The notes: a model not told the origin generated them from the letters alone. 64,000 nt of DNA from the human T2T-CHM13v2.0 reference genome, Homo sapiens (GCF_009914755.1 NC_060937.1); one strand, 5' to 3'. Shown: positions 16,440-32,329, numbered from the stretch's first letter. A program made the numbers and translations.

Positions 16440-17190
16440 AGGCTGGGGATACAAGATGATTATTTGACAGCCCTACTTAATTGGCTCACAGATTAGTAGG
16501 AGGGAGAAATGTGGCCAAAGGATTGACATGAGGCACACAGTGGACTCTGTAGATACACTCTAGAGGAAGTCAGAGGCAGTGAAGGAGGGCTGCCTGGAAG
16601 AAGTGACCTTTCATCCGAGTCTTGAGGGAAGAGTGAGAAAAGGAGCAATTTAAGCATGGGAACCAGCTTAGGAAGAGGCCCAGAGGAGTGTGAATGCATG
16701 CTACTTTCAGGAAATCTCAGAGAGTTTGGGGTGACTGAAAGGTTGGCATAGTATATGCAAGATTGTGTGGAATGTAGATGAAGAGGTGAGGAGGAGCCAG
16801 ATCTTTACTGGGCTGTTCTAGAAGTAGTGTGGAGGGGTTTTTCTGGACGACAGCAAAGCTGGGGCAAGGTGAACACTGAGGATGCTGTAGAAGTTGTCCC
16901 TATAAAAAATGATAGACTAAAGCAGTAAAGATAGAAAGGACAAGCAAGATTAAAGACAGTTTAGGATTTAAAATTGGTAAATGGGCATGAATTAGGAAAC
17001 AGGTTGACCTTAATGTTCTAATGAATGGCTGGATGATTGTGGGGTGCCTTTGATGGAGCCATAGGGTTCAGGAAGAGGAGTAGGTATTAGAAGGAAAATG
17101 ATGGGTTCCATGTTGGGCTTTAGAATTTAAATTACATTAAAAATACCTAGCAGATTTCAGTAGGCAATTAGAAATGTTGATCTGAAGTTG
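16440..17190 (+). mobile_element. L2 fragment
   Basis: Diverged purine-rich L2 3' region. Confidence 0.5.
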
Positions 17191-17624
17191 ATTTACGTCT
17201 TTCCCTTTCTCTGAAAATTAGAATAACCTTTATCCATCTCTGTTCTTCTGAAAAATAGCCCATTCTTCATGGTTTCTCAGGGTTGCTGATAATAGTGCTG
17301 AGGTGACATTTGCAAGCTTCTTTGTGCCTTAGATATCCATTGTATAATCCTTAAGAATTAAATTCTTTTTCTTTACTCTTGGTTCAGCTATATAGGGCCT
17401 CAGTCCCTTTTCTTGTTCTGTCCTTTCCAGATAGAAAATATTTCTCCGTGAAGCTGTCAGAAGCAAAAAAAACACTTGAACAGCCCTGCCTTCTTGCTCA
17501 TCTGCAGGTCTTACATCATTTTCTAGCAATCGGAGGGACTTTTTCTCCTTTCTTGTCCTTGGCCTTAGTGCCTTCCAGAATTTGGTCTTTTCAGGACTAT
17601 TCTTAGAGGTTTGGATACCAGTGG

Positions 17625-17780
17625 AGTATGGCACAACAGGCTTTGGAGTTAAATAGACATGGATTCCGATCCTGGCTCTACGATTTACTAGCTCTGTATG
17701 CCTACCACGTCTCTCTGAGCCTCAATGTCATCATCAATAATATGGAGATAGTAAATCATAGCTACATTTAAAGGCTGTGA
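17625..17780. mobile_element. MIR
   Basis: ctctgagcctca...atggagata MIR core. Confidence 0.65.
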
Positions 17781-18228
17781 ATGTTAACTTATATACTGCT
17801 TATGATCACTTTGTGTATTGATGACAAATATGGTAATGCTCTTCCCTAATCTGTTGCATTTGCAGTTTCAATGAATGAAAGAGAAGTTTCTAGTCTTTAT
17901 ACTTGTGATCCCTCTCACTTTCCAAGGATACTGCAAAATGAAGTATTACTATATTTCATTCTTCAAAATAGCACTTCAATATGTCTCCCTCTGATTTTTA
18001 AGCCTAATTTTTTATACAAAGATTTTTTATTTCATATTTTTTGTTGCAGTGGGGTCTGGATTTATAGATCTACCTGTGCCATTCATAATTGAGCAGCCAT
18101 TAAAAGTGTTCTTCCATACTGATCTTCATATATTTTTTACTTGTTTTATCCTAACATTTCTATACTTCAAAAAAAATGAGCAATACTCAAAAAAGTTTTT
18201 TATTCATTTGTTTCATTTTTGCTTTTAG

Positions 18229-18334
18229 GATATGTGACGCAGCCACAATTCACTGTCTTTTGGAGCAAGAACTGGCCCATGCTGTGAATGCCTGCTCCCA
18301 TGCCCTGAATAAAGCCAACCCAAGGTGCCCGGAG
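18229..18334 (+). CDS. DGKH: DGKH exon: [35 protein letters not shown]
   Basis: gcttttag acceptor, GAG|gtgagg donor; 106 nt, phase 2 to 0. Confidence 0.95.
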
Positions 18335-19296
18335 GTGAGGATCTAATGGTAAATTCTCATTCCACAGATTCTTTTGGGTGTTACACATGTATTTTAATAC
18401 TGTAAAATATGCCACGCCCTGTGACAGAAAGTTATGTTGTCTATATGAGTCTCTACAAACCTGCAGTAAAATCGTGGACAACTTTTTATTTTCCTTTTCC
18501 TGTTATTTTTTCATTCCTGCTCTTAAATTCTCTCATTTTTTATGTTTCACTTTCAATCACTTGTCACCTTCCATCTGTCTTCACTTCTTTCTTTTTTGAA
18601 CTTTAATCGTCCTTTCTTACTCCTTCTTTTACCTTACCTTCTGCCCTGTACCTTGTTAAAGGGCAATCCTAGATATCATCAGCGTGCATTTTGTTAGAGA
18701 TGTCCACTCGTTTTTGAAGTTATGCACTGAAATTATTCCTACTTCATTTTGTTTTGCTAAATCGGAAATTGATGCTTCTGTAAAATTTTTAATGTATAAG
18801 TTAATAATAGAATGGATAGAATATAACTCTTAAAATGTGCCACATGGTACAATGCTATAGTATGGAGAAAACTGATAGCGTTTTTTTTTTTAATTATTTG
18901 ATTGAAGTTACTTAAATTAATATACAGTTAAGTGCTTGTTCTCAAGATAATAGTCTAAAAAGCAATATGGTTAGTGTTACTGAGAGTAAAAGTTTTTTTT
19001 GACTTAACTTTTTAATGGGAATATGTATATGCTGATGCTAGCATATACATATTCATTAGGTAGGAGATGTGATCCTGAGTGTATTCACTGTAATCGGTGC
19101 ATTCTTTTTGTTCTGTAATATAATAATAATGAGATAGTCATACAAACAAATGTATGAAACTTTGCGATTATAGAATTTTGGTAGATTAAAAATGTGTGCT
19201 GTGAATTTAAATTATAAGAATAAAATTTAAAGTGTTTATGGTAATGAAATCCTATTTTAATACAGATCACATGTCTTTGATATTCTTCTTTTCTAG

Positions 19297-19389
19297 AGTC
19301 TTACAAGAGACACTGCCACTGAAATAGCCATCAATGTGAAGGCGCTGTATAATGAAACAGAATCTTTGCTAGTTGGCAGGGTTCCTTTG
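19297..19389 (+). CDS. DGKH: DGKH exon: [31 protein letters not shown] (93 nt, symmetric)
   Basis: ttcttttctag acceptor, TTG|gtaagg donor. Confidence 0.95.
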
Positions 19390-20984
19390 GTAAGGAAAAG
19401 AATGACTGGTAACATAAGAATGATGAATTAAATGTCTGGGTCTTACCTTCATTGGGGAACAGGCATTTGGCAGATTCTAAGGCAGAAGCAGCCTTCTGGC
19501 TTCCATCCTGAGAGCTGCCTCTTCACCTGGTTTTTGTCTTCAAGAAAATATATGGCTGAAGTTGGGAGTCATGATTCAGGCTAACAGGAGTGGAGATTTC
19601 CCCTCATATATGCCATCCTGTTTTTAGGCAGCCCTGCTCTGCCCCATTCAGCTTCGAGAGACGTGAGCTTTATAAAGTGTAGTAGACATTCCTTAGGTAC
19701 TTATTATTGCACACAAGTAGAGGAACTCATGGAGTTTGTTCCCTGAATTAGCATTTGAATATGACTGGTATGGTCCTCCAGGTTTGCTTAAAAGAGGACA
19801 TTTTCTAGACACAGTGTTTCAAGAAGTAAATTTCAAGAACTCTGCCTTGTTTAATCCAGATTGGTCCTGGAAATCAAGTTTAGGCCAAGTCTGAATCAGA
19901 CCACAGTCCATGGATCTCAAGCATAAATGCTGGAAGCTTGTGGATGTCCTGTTTTGTTAGCAGCACGAGTTAGCCTTTCTTTATAAATACCTCACCATTT
20001 TCAAGTATTCTAGCATCTTGGCTCTTGCCGCCACCTAGAGTTCGGTTGTGGCTTATTCCCACATGCTGTTATCACTGTGTGGAAGGCCTAATTCATTTGC
20101 TGTTTTTTTATTCCTTTTTATAATTCTGGTTAATTGGTAGTTGATGATCTTAAAACATTTCTTTTGAAAGTAATTTTCTCACTTGGTTGGGCAAATCTAC
20201 ACCTAAATAAAAGTGATACTAAGAGTCATAGTATCTGGCACAGTGGGTGAATGAATGGGAGGTGCATCCCACAGCCTTGCTATTAAGTGCCTGAGCTTAG
20301 GGTTTCTGTTTTCGCCTATGGTCCAGAAAAGTGCCACCTTTGGGGCATCCTTTGCTCTGAGAAGAGAAGCTGAAAGGCTGCATGAAAGCCATCGCTCTTA
20401 CCTACCTCCAAAGGAAACTGAAACACAGCTTCCTTGGGACAAGAGGTGACTGGCTCTACTATGGCCATGAAGAAAACCTTTTACGAAGAAACATTGGTTA
20501 TCTCTTTTGATAAAACCAGTGGAGCCCCTTCTTGGCTTTTTTTGGCACTACTGTTTTTAACCAGAATCTTCTGCTGGTCCTATAGGAAATCCAGTGACCT
20601 ATGACGATCATTTCTTACAACTAAAAGCATAATTTATTCTGTACTTATTTTCTCTACACGAAAAGTACCTGCTGAGTGCTACCTTGCTAATATTTATTAT
20701 TTGTATTATGTTAATATGGATGGACTTTCCTTCTCCACTTTTAATTTTCTCTCATTGTTAAATATGAATTTTGGTTTAAAATGTGTACTGGTGAATTTTA
20801 CCAAAACTTTTGACAATAGTGATATTACAATAAGGAATTGATTGTATTTGAGAGCAACTAAGGTTTACTCTATATTTTAGTGCCAGAATGAATTTGTAAT
20901 AACCATTTTATACGTTTTATAACACATATTCTTAGACTAAACGAAAATTAATAAATTTTAAACACAACAGGGTAGAGAATCTCC

Positions 20985-21313
<329 letters not shown>

Positions 21314-21473
21314 TAACAAGGGGAAACAAAAAAAAAAGTTCATAATAACAGTAATATTATCTCTGAACTTTTAGTTCTAAAATTCTATAAACATATTTAT
21401 GAGAACTCTATAATTTTAAAGTAATTTATAAATATATTGATTAGCTAGAAGAGACCTCAAAAATAATCTAGTC

Positions 21474-21786
<313 letters not shown>

Positions 21787-22201
21787 CCTTGTGCTATTTC
21801 CAGAGGAAGAAATAAAGTCTCCTGAAGTCAATTAACCTTCCTTTGGTTACTTAGTTAATTACAAGGCCAGGAGTAGAATCCAATCGACTGCCTTCCAGTT
21901 CTGTGCAGAGGAATGTTTATTTAATCTTTATTCATTTATTGAACTTGTAAGTGCATTTTAATACCTGCTTTCAATGAGTTAATGCAGATAATAGGTGAGC
22001 AGTTAAATTCTCCTTAAAATATCCAAACCCAGTTTCAGATGATAAGCCATTGAGCTTTTTGCTTTGCCCTAATTTTTACAACAGTTTTTCATCACAGATT
22101 TTTCTAAGATTCATGATTTTTTACCCTTAAGCCTATTCTTTAAATTTTCAAGGAGATTTTTCTGCAGTTCTTTTTATATGACAAGTTTTTAACCAGTTTA
22201 A

Positions 22202-22618
<417 letters not shown>

Positions 22619-22954
22619 TAGATAAATGCTTGGAAAGCATGAAGGAGGGAGACAGGAAAGAAGACATTTACACAGAAAAAAACACCAAAATAATACTTTT
22701 TCTATGAAGTTATTAAAGTTACACTAGCTACTCATATGATCTTTGGGAAGTAATGATTAGATTAAATCTATTCAGATTTTTTTAAAATGAAATCAATATA
22801 AAAGAATTTATTCTTCTCTTAATATTCCTTAATTTAAAAAATACTACCTTAATAAGGAGTGAGGCTGTTCACTGTCAAAGTACAATGATTTATTCTACGT
22901 GAGGCTGGCCACTGAGTCTTGTTTTGTTTTGTCTTTTAATCTGCTGGTAAATAG

Positions 22955-23074
22955 CAGCTGGAATCGCCACATGAAGAGCGAGTATCCAATGCCTTACACT
23001 CTGTGGAGGTGGAATTACAGAAACTGACAGAGATTCCTTGGCTTTATTATATCTTACACCCAAATGAGGATGAG
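22955..23074 (+). CDS. DGKH: DGKH exon: [40 protein letters not shown]
   Basis: TAG/CAG tandem acceptor, GAG|gtatgt donor; 120 nt. Confidence 0.94.
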
Positions 23075-23410
23075 GTATGTAAAATTCAGCCTGTTTCTCT
23101 AGAAATGTAGACCATATTGCTATAGAATTTGAACTCATCTTTGAAAAAGAGATATTTAGGGAAAAATGAATTTTGAATACTACTTTCAAATGTTCTGTTC
23201 TTGAACAAATGAGAAAAGGCATTTATGTGAACGCATTTTAGGGGAATTGGGACATTTTTAGTAGTACATTGTGAACTTTTTTTGAAGAAGTTATCACTGT
23301 TCTATAATGTTTAGTGTTTATAACTTATTCCTGTGTTATCCCTATTATCAGAGTAGGTTTTTCTCCTTTTCATATCCTGAAAAAATTATTTTCTTGCTCG
23401 ATTTGAACAG

Positions 23411-23519
23411 GAACCTCCTATGGATTGCACCAAAAGGAACAACAGAAGCACCGTATTTCGAATAGTGCCAAAGTTTAAAAAGGAAAAGGTTCAGAAGCAG
23501 AAGACAAGTTCACAGCCTG
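23411..23519 (+). CDS. DGKH: DGKH exon: [36 protein letters not shown]
   Basis: aacag acceptor, CTG|gtaggt donor; 109 nt, ends in phase 1. Confidence 0.95.
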
Positions 23520-24135
23520 GTAGGTGGTCCATATGGAAGGGGAAATATAACATTATGAAAAAAGAGCTGATTAAAGTGACATCATGGAGGTCGTGAAAAT
23601 GTTCTGGAGCTAGATGGTGGTTGAGCATTGTGCAGTATGATGAACATACTGTCATTGAATTCTATGCTTTAAAATGGTTAAAATGGGGAATTTCATGCTT
23701 TATGAATTTTACCATAAAAGAATCCTCTCATACCTAAAACACATCTGAGTATCAGTGGGAATCTCTAGTAAGGAAGCACACAAAAAAATGAAGTGGTTGC
23801 TAATTTGCTTCTACTTTGTTTAGTGGATGTCAGCATTTCTGTTCAGATGGTTCTTTCTCAACAGCAAGTCAAAGCATCAGTGTATAATTTGTTTTTCTTC
23901 TTTTAAGTACAATTTTTAGATTACTTTGATAAATGGAACATAGAAACTTTCATTTACTCATTTAACTTGCCGATTACATTTTCCACCTAAAGTTATATAT
24001 TCCCTTTCTCCTGTTTTGAGGACACTGTTTCAACCCCTCGACAATGACAATATGCTGTGATACTTGCATTCTCAAGCAAAGATTAAGCCCCCTCTTCGCT
24101 GCTATTTCTCTCGTTCCTTTTTCACCTTTCCTTAG

Positions 24136-24150
24136 AGTTTAAATGTACAG
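24136..24150 (+). CDS. DGKH: Candidate 15-nt DGKH microexon (EFKCT)
   Basis: ~45-nt pyrimidine tract ending cttag, CAG|gtatgc donor; open in the phase-1 frame; frame-preserving. Confidence 0.6.
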
Positions 24151-24988
24151 GTATGCTAGTACTAAAGCACCTTCAAATTCTGTTTATACAATGGTAGCTG
24201 CCTTTCATAACCAAATAATTTTATAAATTCCTCTGAGTGTGCTATCTTTAAAAAAGTGATGTAAAGCCTTATTTGTGATATTCATAAAGCAGCTAATGAA
24301 AGCCATTTAAAAACCAAATACAGCAAATAAGTAGGCTTTTATTAAGCTAATCAATGTTGAATAAAATGTATAAGCAAATGATACACACTGAAAATAACGT
24401 AATCCAACTAATGTCAGAGAGCAGTGCTATGGACTTTTTAAATGATATTAAATTGTGATTTAATAGCACATTGATTGCCGTTATTATCAGTAGTAGGAGA
24501 ATCAATCAACACTACACTTGAAGTCAGCAAGACCTTAAGCAGAAAAGTCTGTGTAAAATTGAATACCCCATATCAGATTTTAAATTGTAATTAGCATTTG
24601 TAGCTCATTTCAGTCTATAGCCGTTTTCATACAGGGTCTGAAGGAAATCATCAGAGCTTATTTAGAGCTTGCACCATTGATCCTAATGATGTGAAATACA
24701 TTTTGTATGCATATTGTGTAGGTTGGGTGGCTTTAATGAGGAAACTGGACTAAAGCTAAGCATGGGTGCACGGCAGCAAATGGTTTTGTATAGTCGGATC
24801 CTTGTGTTGATAGTGTGTAACTTGCATGGGAAAAAGTGGAACTATGGTTTTGTTGAAACAACACCTTTAACCTTTTCTTTTGCTAGCACTGCCGCTGCAC
24901 TCTGTTTTGCATCTTCTTTGGCCAACCTTTGCTTTGTAATGCATTGAGCATGTAGAAATTAAGGGGGTTTTGCTCTTAACTTTGGTAG

Positions 24989-25119
24989 TTCAGAAATGGG
25001 GCACAGAGGAAGTTGCTGCTTGGCTGGATCTGCTCAATTTGGGAGAGTACAAAGATATCTTCATCCGTCATGACATCAGAGGGGCTGAACTTTTGCATCT
25101 GGAAAGGCGAGATCTTAAG
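24989..25119 (+). CDS. DGKH: DGKH alternative SAM-domain exon (eta2): [44 protein letters not shown]
   Basis: SAM signature W-x3-EVxxWL...Y...F...I.G..LL.L...DL; ggtag acceptor, AAG|gtattt donor; 131 nt. Confidence 0.96.
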
Positions 25120-27159
25120 GTATTTCCTTTGTGCTCTTCTGTTCTTGAAAATTTTATTGCAAAACAGAATCCTTTCTCCTGTGCCTCTTCTGATACTTGC
25201 TTTTAGCTTCGCTTATGTCATGCAAATGTGTAGTAACCTAACATTCACTGTCCTGTGGTCTGAGTTTCTTGTATGCTTTTTAACAAGAATGTCAGCAGTA
25301 TTTTCCTGTCAGAATCACTCTATTATAGCTAAAGCTTAGCATGAACTTAGTAATTTTTCTCTGCATCTAGTGATATGACTGTTGCTGTGCTAGTATTTCC
25401 AAATGGATCATGTTTCCATCAGCTCATTTTATTGCATCAGCATGGAAGGTGATAATTTGGCTGAAAATGACTAAAATCTAATATATGGTTAACAACTAAA
25501 AATTAATGCAAAATACCAATAACAAAGCCTTTCTAACATATGGAATGAGAAGAGAGACTTACAGCAATGGCTACTTAGAATCTTACAATTTGTTGTATTT
25601 CTAAGTCAGCCTTTTTTAGGTCACATGAATAACTAGACTGAGAAATTCAAATTTCCTTTCTATGACATATTATTAAAATTCTATTATTCTCAAAAAGAAT
25701 TTTTTTTCTTTAGTAAACGAGGTAAAAATTTTGCCTAGCTTTTGCTAGAAAACAGCTCAGAGCCTATTTGTGAATTGACGATAGAGAAAACCATTCCTTC
25801 ATCACCTGAGGCATTTCCCTTTTATTCTGTGGGTGAAGTCTCAGTAGTAGTAGAAACAGCTGAAGTAGGCTCTCTGGCCAAGGTTTAGGAGTAGGATTTT
25901 GTCACGTTGTATTTTCTTACCACATATTGCCATTTTAAATTTCCAATAAGTAGTAACGTTTGTTGGAGTGATCCCTTTCATGTAGACCAAGTTCTAAAAT
26001 GCATTAAATTTTATCATAATACAGAGAATTCCTAACAAATTAATGAACTGTTGTTGCACCTTTATCTACAAATACATTAGCAAAGATCTTTGAATAGATA
26101 ATTGGTAGTATAAAGATCTTTATTAAACAGATTCACAAAGAGTTTTAGCACATCAAAAGATGACACCACTTATACCTAAACAACTTTAGCCATAATAAAA
26201 TAAAATAATTAATTAATTACCTTAGTTGAGAGTCCTAAATCTGGAACATAGCAAAATATGTAGTATTAGAGTTCATAAAGCAAAAGTTGGCTTCCAAGCT
26301 TGAAATGAGTCCACAAAAAAGTAAATGTAGGGGGGATCATGATATCCAACATGTTTTTGTAACTTCTGATATCCTTGGCAGATACCAATATTTATTAATG
26401 ACTGATTAATATATTATGCTAGCTTCTCTGCATGATACCTGTCCTCTAGAAGCATGCACCGCATTTGCTGTGAATAAGCATACATTCAGGGAAAAGACTG
26501 TGTGTGTATGTATAAAAAATATACATACATAAATGCATATATGTGTACGTGTTATATATATACATACAAACATAGATATATACAGGTACACACACAATGA
26601 ATGTAGCAGAATGAATGTGTAGAATGGAAAAACATACACTAAGGCAAAGTTAGAAAAGAATAGAAAGAAGATGGTTAAGAATTATCTTAGAAAACGTTCT
26701 TTTTGCTTTTCATGGGACTTTTTTGTTCTGTTTTGTTTTTATTTTTAATGCAAATTACATTCTCTCTCTTAAAACTTTTAGACATTTGTATTGACATGGA
26801 TTTTAAAAATTGTATTAGGTCTGAAACAAGATGTGGGGGGTGGATGAGAAAAGGAACATTTCACAGAAAGAGTCTTCTGTAGCACAAAATCATAAAGCTA
26901 GAGAAGAGCTCCCATTGTTCTCTGCGGTTGTAGCTGTCAGCAGCGGCAAGTCCTTCAGACCGATGCCTCTAAATGCTGGTGAGGGATCACTCACTCCTTA
27001 GGTACTCCATTGCTTCCGGTACTACTTGTGAATATGTCAGTGGCACACAGGTTCTCTCTCAGCCCTGCCTGACCTGATTTGTGAACTTTTGGATTATAGC
27101 ACCAACCGGCTACTTGGTACTCAGGTATTATACAGGGATATCAATCTCTGTTTTTGCTT

Positions 27160-27900
27160 TTTAAAAATTAATTTATTTTTATTTATACAAAAATATATGG
27201 GTACAGCTGGGCACGGTGGCTCACTCCTATAATCCCAGCACTTTGGGAGTCCGAGGCGGGCGGATCACGAGGTCAGGAGATCGAGACCATCTGGCTAACA
27301 CAATGAAACCCCATCTCTACTAAAACTACAAAAAAACTAGCTAGGTGTGGTGGCACGCTCCTATAGTTTCAGCTACTCAGGAGGCTGAGGCAGGCGAATT
27401 TCTTGAATACAGAAGGCAGAGGTTGCAGTGAGCCGAGATCACACCACTGCACTCCAGCTTGGGCGACAGAGCAAGACTCTGTCTCCAAAAATGAATATAT
27501 ATATATATATGGATACAAGTGCAATTTTATTACCTTCATAGTGGTTAAGTCAGGGCTTTTACGGAATCCATTGCCTGAATAACATATATTGTACCCAATA
27601 AGCAATTTCTTATCCACTCCCTCCCACTCCCTTACCCCTCCAAGTCTCCATTGTCTATCATTCCACTAGGTCCTTGTATATACCTTATTTAACACCCACT
27701 TATGAGTGAGAACATGCAATGTTTGTCTTCCCGTGTCTTCTTGTTTCATTTAAGATAATGACCTCAAGTTCCATCCAAGTTGCTGCAAAAGACATGTTTT
27801 CATTCTTTTTTAAAATTTATTTTCTATGGCTGAATAATATTCCAATGTATATATGTGCCACATTTTCTTTATGCAGTCATCCATTGATGGAAACCTAGGT
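27160..27900 (-). mobile_element. L1MA 3' end interrupted by a + strand Alu (27205-27490)
   Basis: cccacttatgagtgagaacatgc L1 motif; Alu consensus inside. Confidence 0.82.
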
Positions 27901-28600
27901 TAGAGAATTTCAATCTTAACATGTCCAAAAGCAACTCTTGAGCTCCTATTGCACTCCTGTTCTGCCCCTTCTCCAGTGCTCTGCATTTTATAAATCAGAT
28001 CTCTGGCCCTCCAGGCACTCTAGGCAGAGAAATGAGGCTCATACTTAGCACCTTCCTCTTTTTTGTCCATCTTCCCCTAACCCATCAAGCCCATCACCAA
28101 GTCATATTGATTCTAATGTCCATTCACTTCTCTTTATATCCTGTCCACAATCCTGCTCCATGCTACTGTCCAGTTTTGCTTGTATAAGATCAATAGCTTC
28201 CTAACTGGTCTTTCCGCTGCCACTCTGTCTTCACAGTCCATTATCCACGTTGCAACCAGAGTGTTATTTTAGCATCATCAATCAGGTGTACACTTTTCTG
28301 CTTAAAACTTTTCAGTAGCTTCCCATTTCTAGGGAATAAAAACTCACATCTTTATGCAGGCCTACAAGGTTCTGCCTATGTATTCAACCTCCTGTGAAGT
28401 CTCTGGCTCCTCCCTGGGCTATGCTCCATTCATCCTGGCCTTATTTCAGTTGCTTAAAAATTCTATACTTTTTCTCACCTTGGGGATGTACTCTCTTTTG
28501 CTGTGCTTCTTCCCCTACCCTTCACCTGGTTAACTCCTGCTCAGAGATTAGCTCAAGTGTTACTCCCATATCACCAAAACAACTAGACATAGTAACATGA
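27900..28600 (-). mobile_element. L2 fragment
   Basis: Pyrimidine-rich L2 3' pattern (aatagcttcctaactggtct). Confidence 0.65.
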
Positions 28601-28654
28601 CAGTCTAAAGTTGGGAAAAGGAAAAAAAAAATATATATATATATATACATATAT

Positions 28655-28994
<340 letters not shown>

Positions 28995-29221
28995 TGATTG
29001 CATCATTTTCTTTGCTAGAACACAGTAGGAGAAAAAAGAGACACCAAAGAAAATGGTAAACATATGGTGAGAGTTTTTTGTTTAGTTTATTTTTTGTTTT
29101 TTCTATTTGGAAAGTTGTGTATGTATGGCTGGAAGGATAACTGAATATCTACAAAGCATGCTTTGTCAAAATTTGGACTGTTTATCCAGGGAAAGAGAAA
29201 GCTACTCATATGATAAAAACT

Positions 29222-29596
<375 letters not shown>

Positions 29597-29639
29597 CTAT
29601 ACCCTCAAAGGCATAAAAATATTGAACTCAAACTAAAAC

Positions 29640-31010
<1,371 letters not shown>

Positions 31011-32329
31011 AGTATAGCTAAGAAGTTAATGTAATTCTATGGAAAACATTCTTCTCATTTTATACCAAAATAGTAATTCTAAATAGATTCTACCTCCCCC
31101 AAAGAAGATTTAGTCTTGAGAATACAATGTATTTATGGCCTAAAATAAAATATTTAATATTTAAATATATTTTGTAGTTGCATACCTATGTTTTCACAAA
31201 GTGTAAAGATATTTAAATATTCCACTCAAAAAATCTAAATGTGACTGTAAACGCATGTACATTTCAAATTTAGGTAGCAAGCATCGGTATATTCCTCTAG
31301 GATTTGGCCTTGCTTTTAAGCTTGATACTTTTGCACGTATTCAGGAAATGTATAGTTGCCTTAGGACTAATTTTGGATGCCCTGTGTCATAGGAGAAAAT
31401 ATTTTTCTGAGTCAGTTAAATATTTATGAAATATCTTGAAATTATCTCAAGTTTGACAATAGCATTGGCTATGGAAAGAGTATTTTCCAGAAGGATTCAT
31501 TACTGCTAAAGAACTCCAAGAGCTCTTAAAGGGTAAACGGGAGAAAGAGAGAGACAATGACCGAAGACTTAAACCAGTTTGATCTATTTCATTCAAAAGT
31601 TGAAAAATAAATAAATTATAAAACAGGGTGGATATTTGGAATCTTTAACTTCTCAGACAGGTTATTTTATAACCCTGTTTTTTAGGCCATTTTGGAAGTC
31701 ATCTTTTTAATAATTTTCAAATATTTCAATTTTTTTGGAAGAAGTTGTTTGACTTCACATATTAGCAAACTGACTATGCCTTTTACTTAAAGAAACTAGG
31801 ATTTGGAGGCCTTAACTGTTTCTTTTAGTTTTTCAGACAGTGAATAACTAGCAGTTATTCACCCTTGGATAGGTTTAATTTATTCCTGCAACAAATATTT
31901 GCAAAGTACTTGCTGTGCACACTCTGCAGTCATCATCTATTTCTGAAAGTTAAATATTGAATTCTTGGCACTTATAAGAAGAAGTTTCTTTAAGAAGCAA
32001 GAATAATAATTTTGAGAGAAAAGAGCCAATAGTGTTTTGAGGGAAAGCATCAACCAACAGATAATTATGTTTAAGTAATTTTTTACACACATACATTACA
32101 AAGTATAAAGACTAATTAAATTAAATATTCCTCTCAAATTGAAGCCTTGTAATGCAACTGCAAATGCATTTACAGTCCAAATTTATGTAGCAGATACTGG
32201 TATCTTTCTCTAGAATTAGGTCTCACTTTTAAATTTAATATTTTAGCACAAGAAATGTTGCCTTAGGACTAATTGTGGGTGCCCTGCTGTCCCGCATCAT
32301 TTTTTTCTCAGAGATCCCAAAAGAGCCTT

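Noticed and set aside
24972-25130. Possible U12-type intron signals around the SAM exon (tcttaac near the AG; donor gtatttccttt)
   Set aside because: Donor deviates from the strict GTATCCTT consensus, the upstream donor gtaggt is U2-type, and the two signals belong to different introns.
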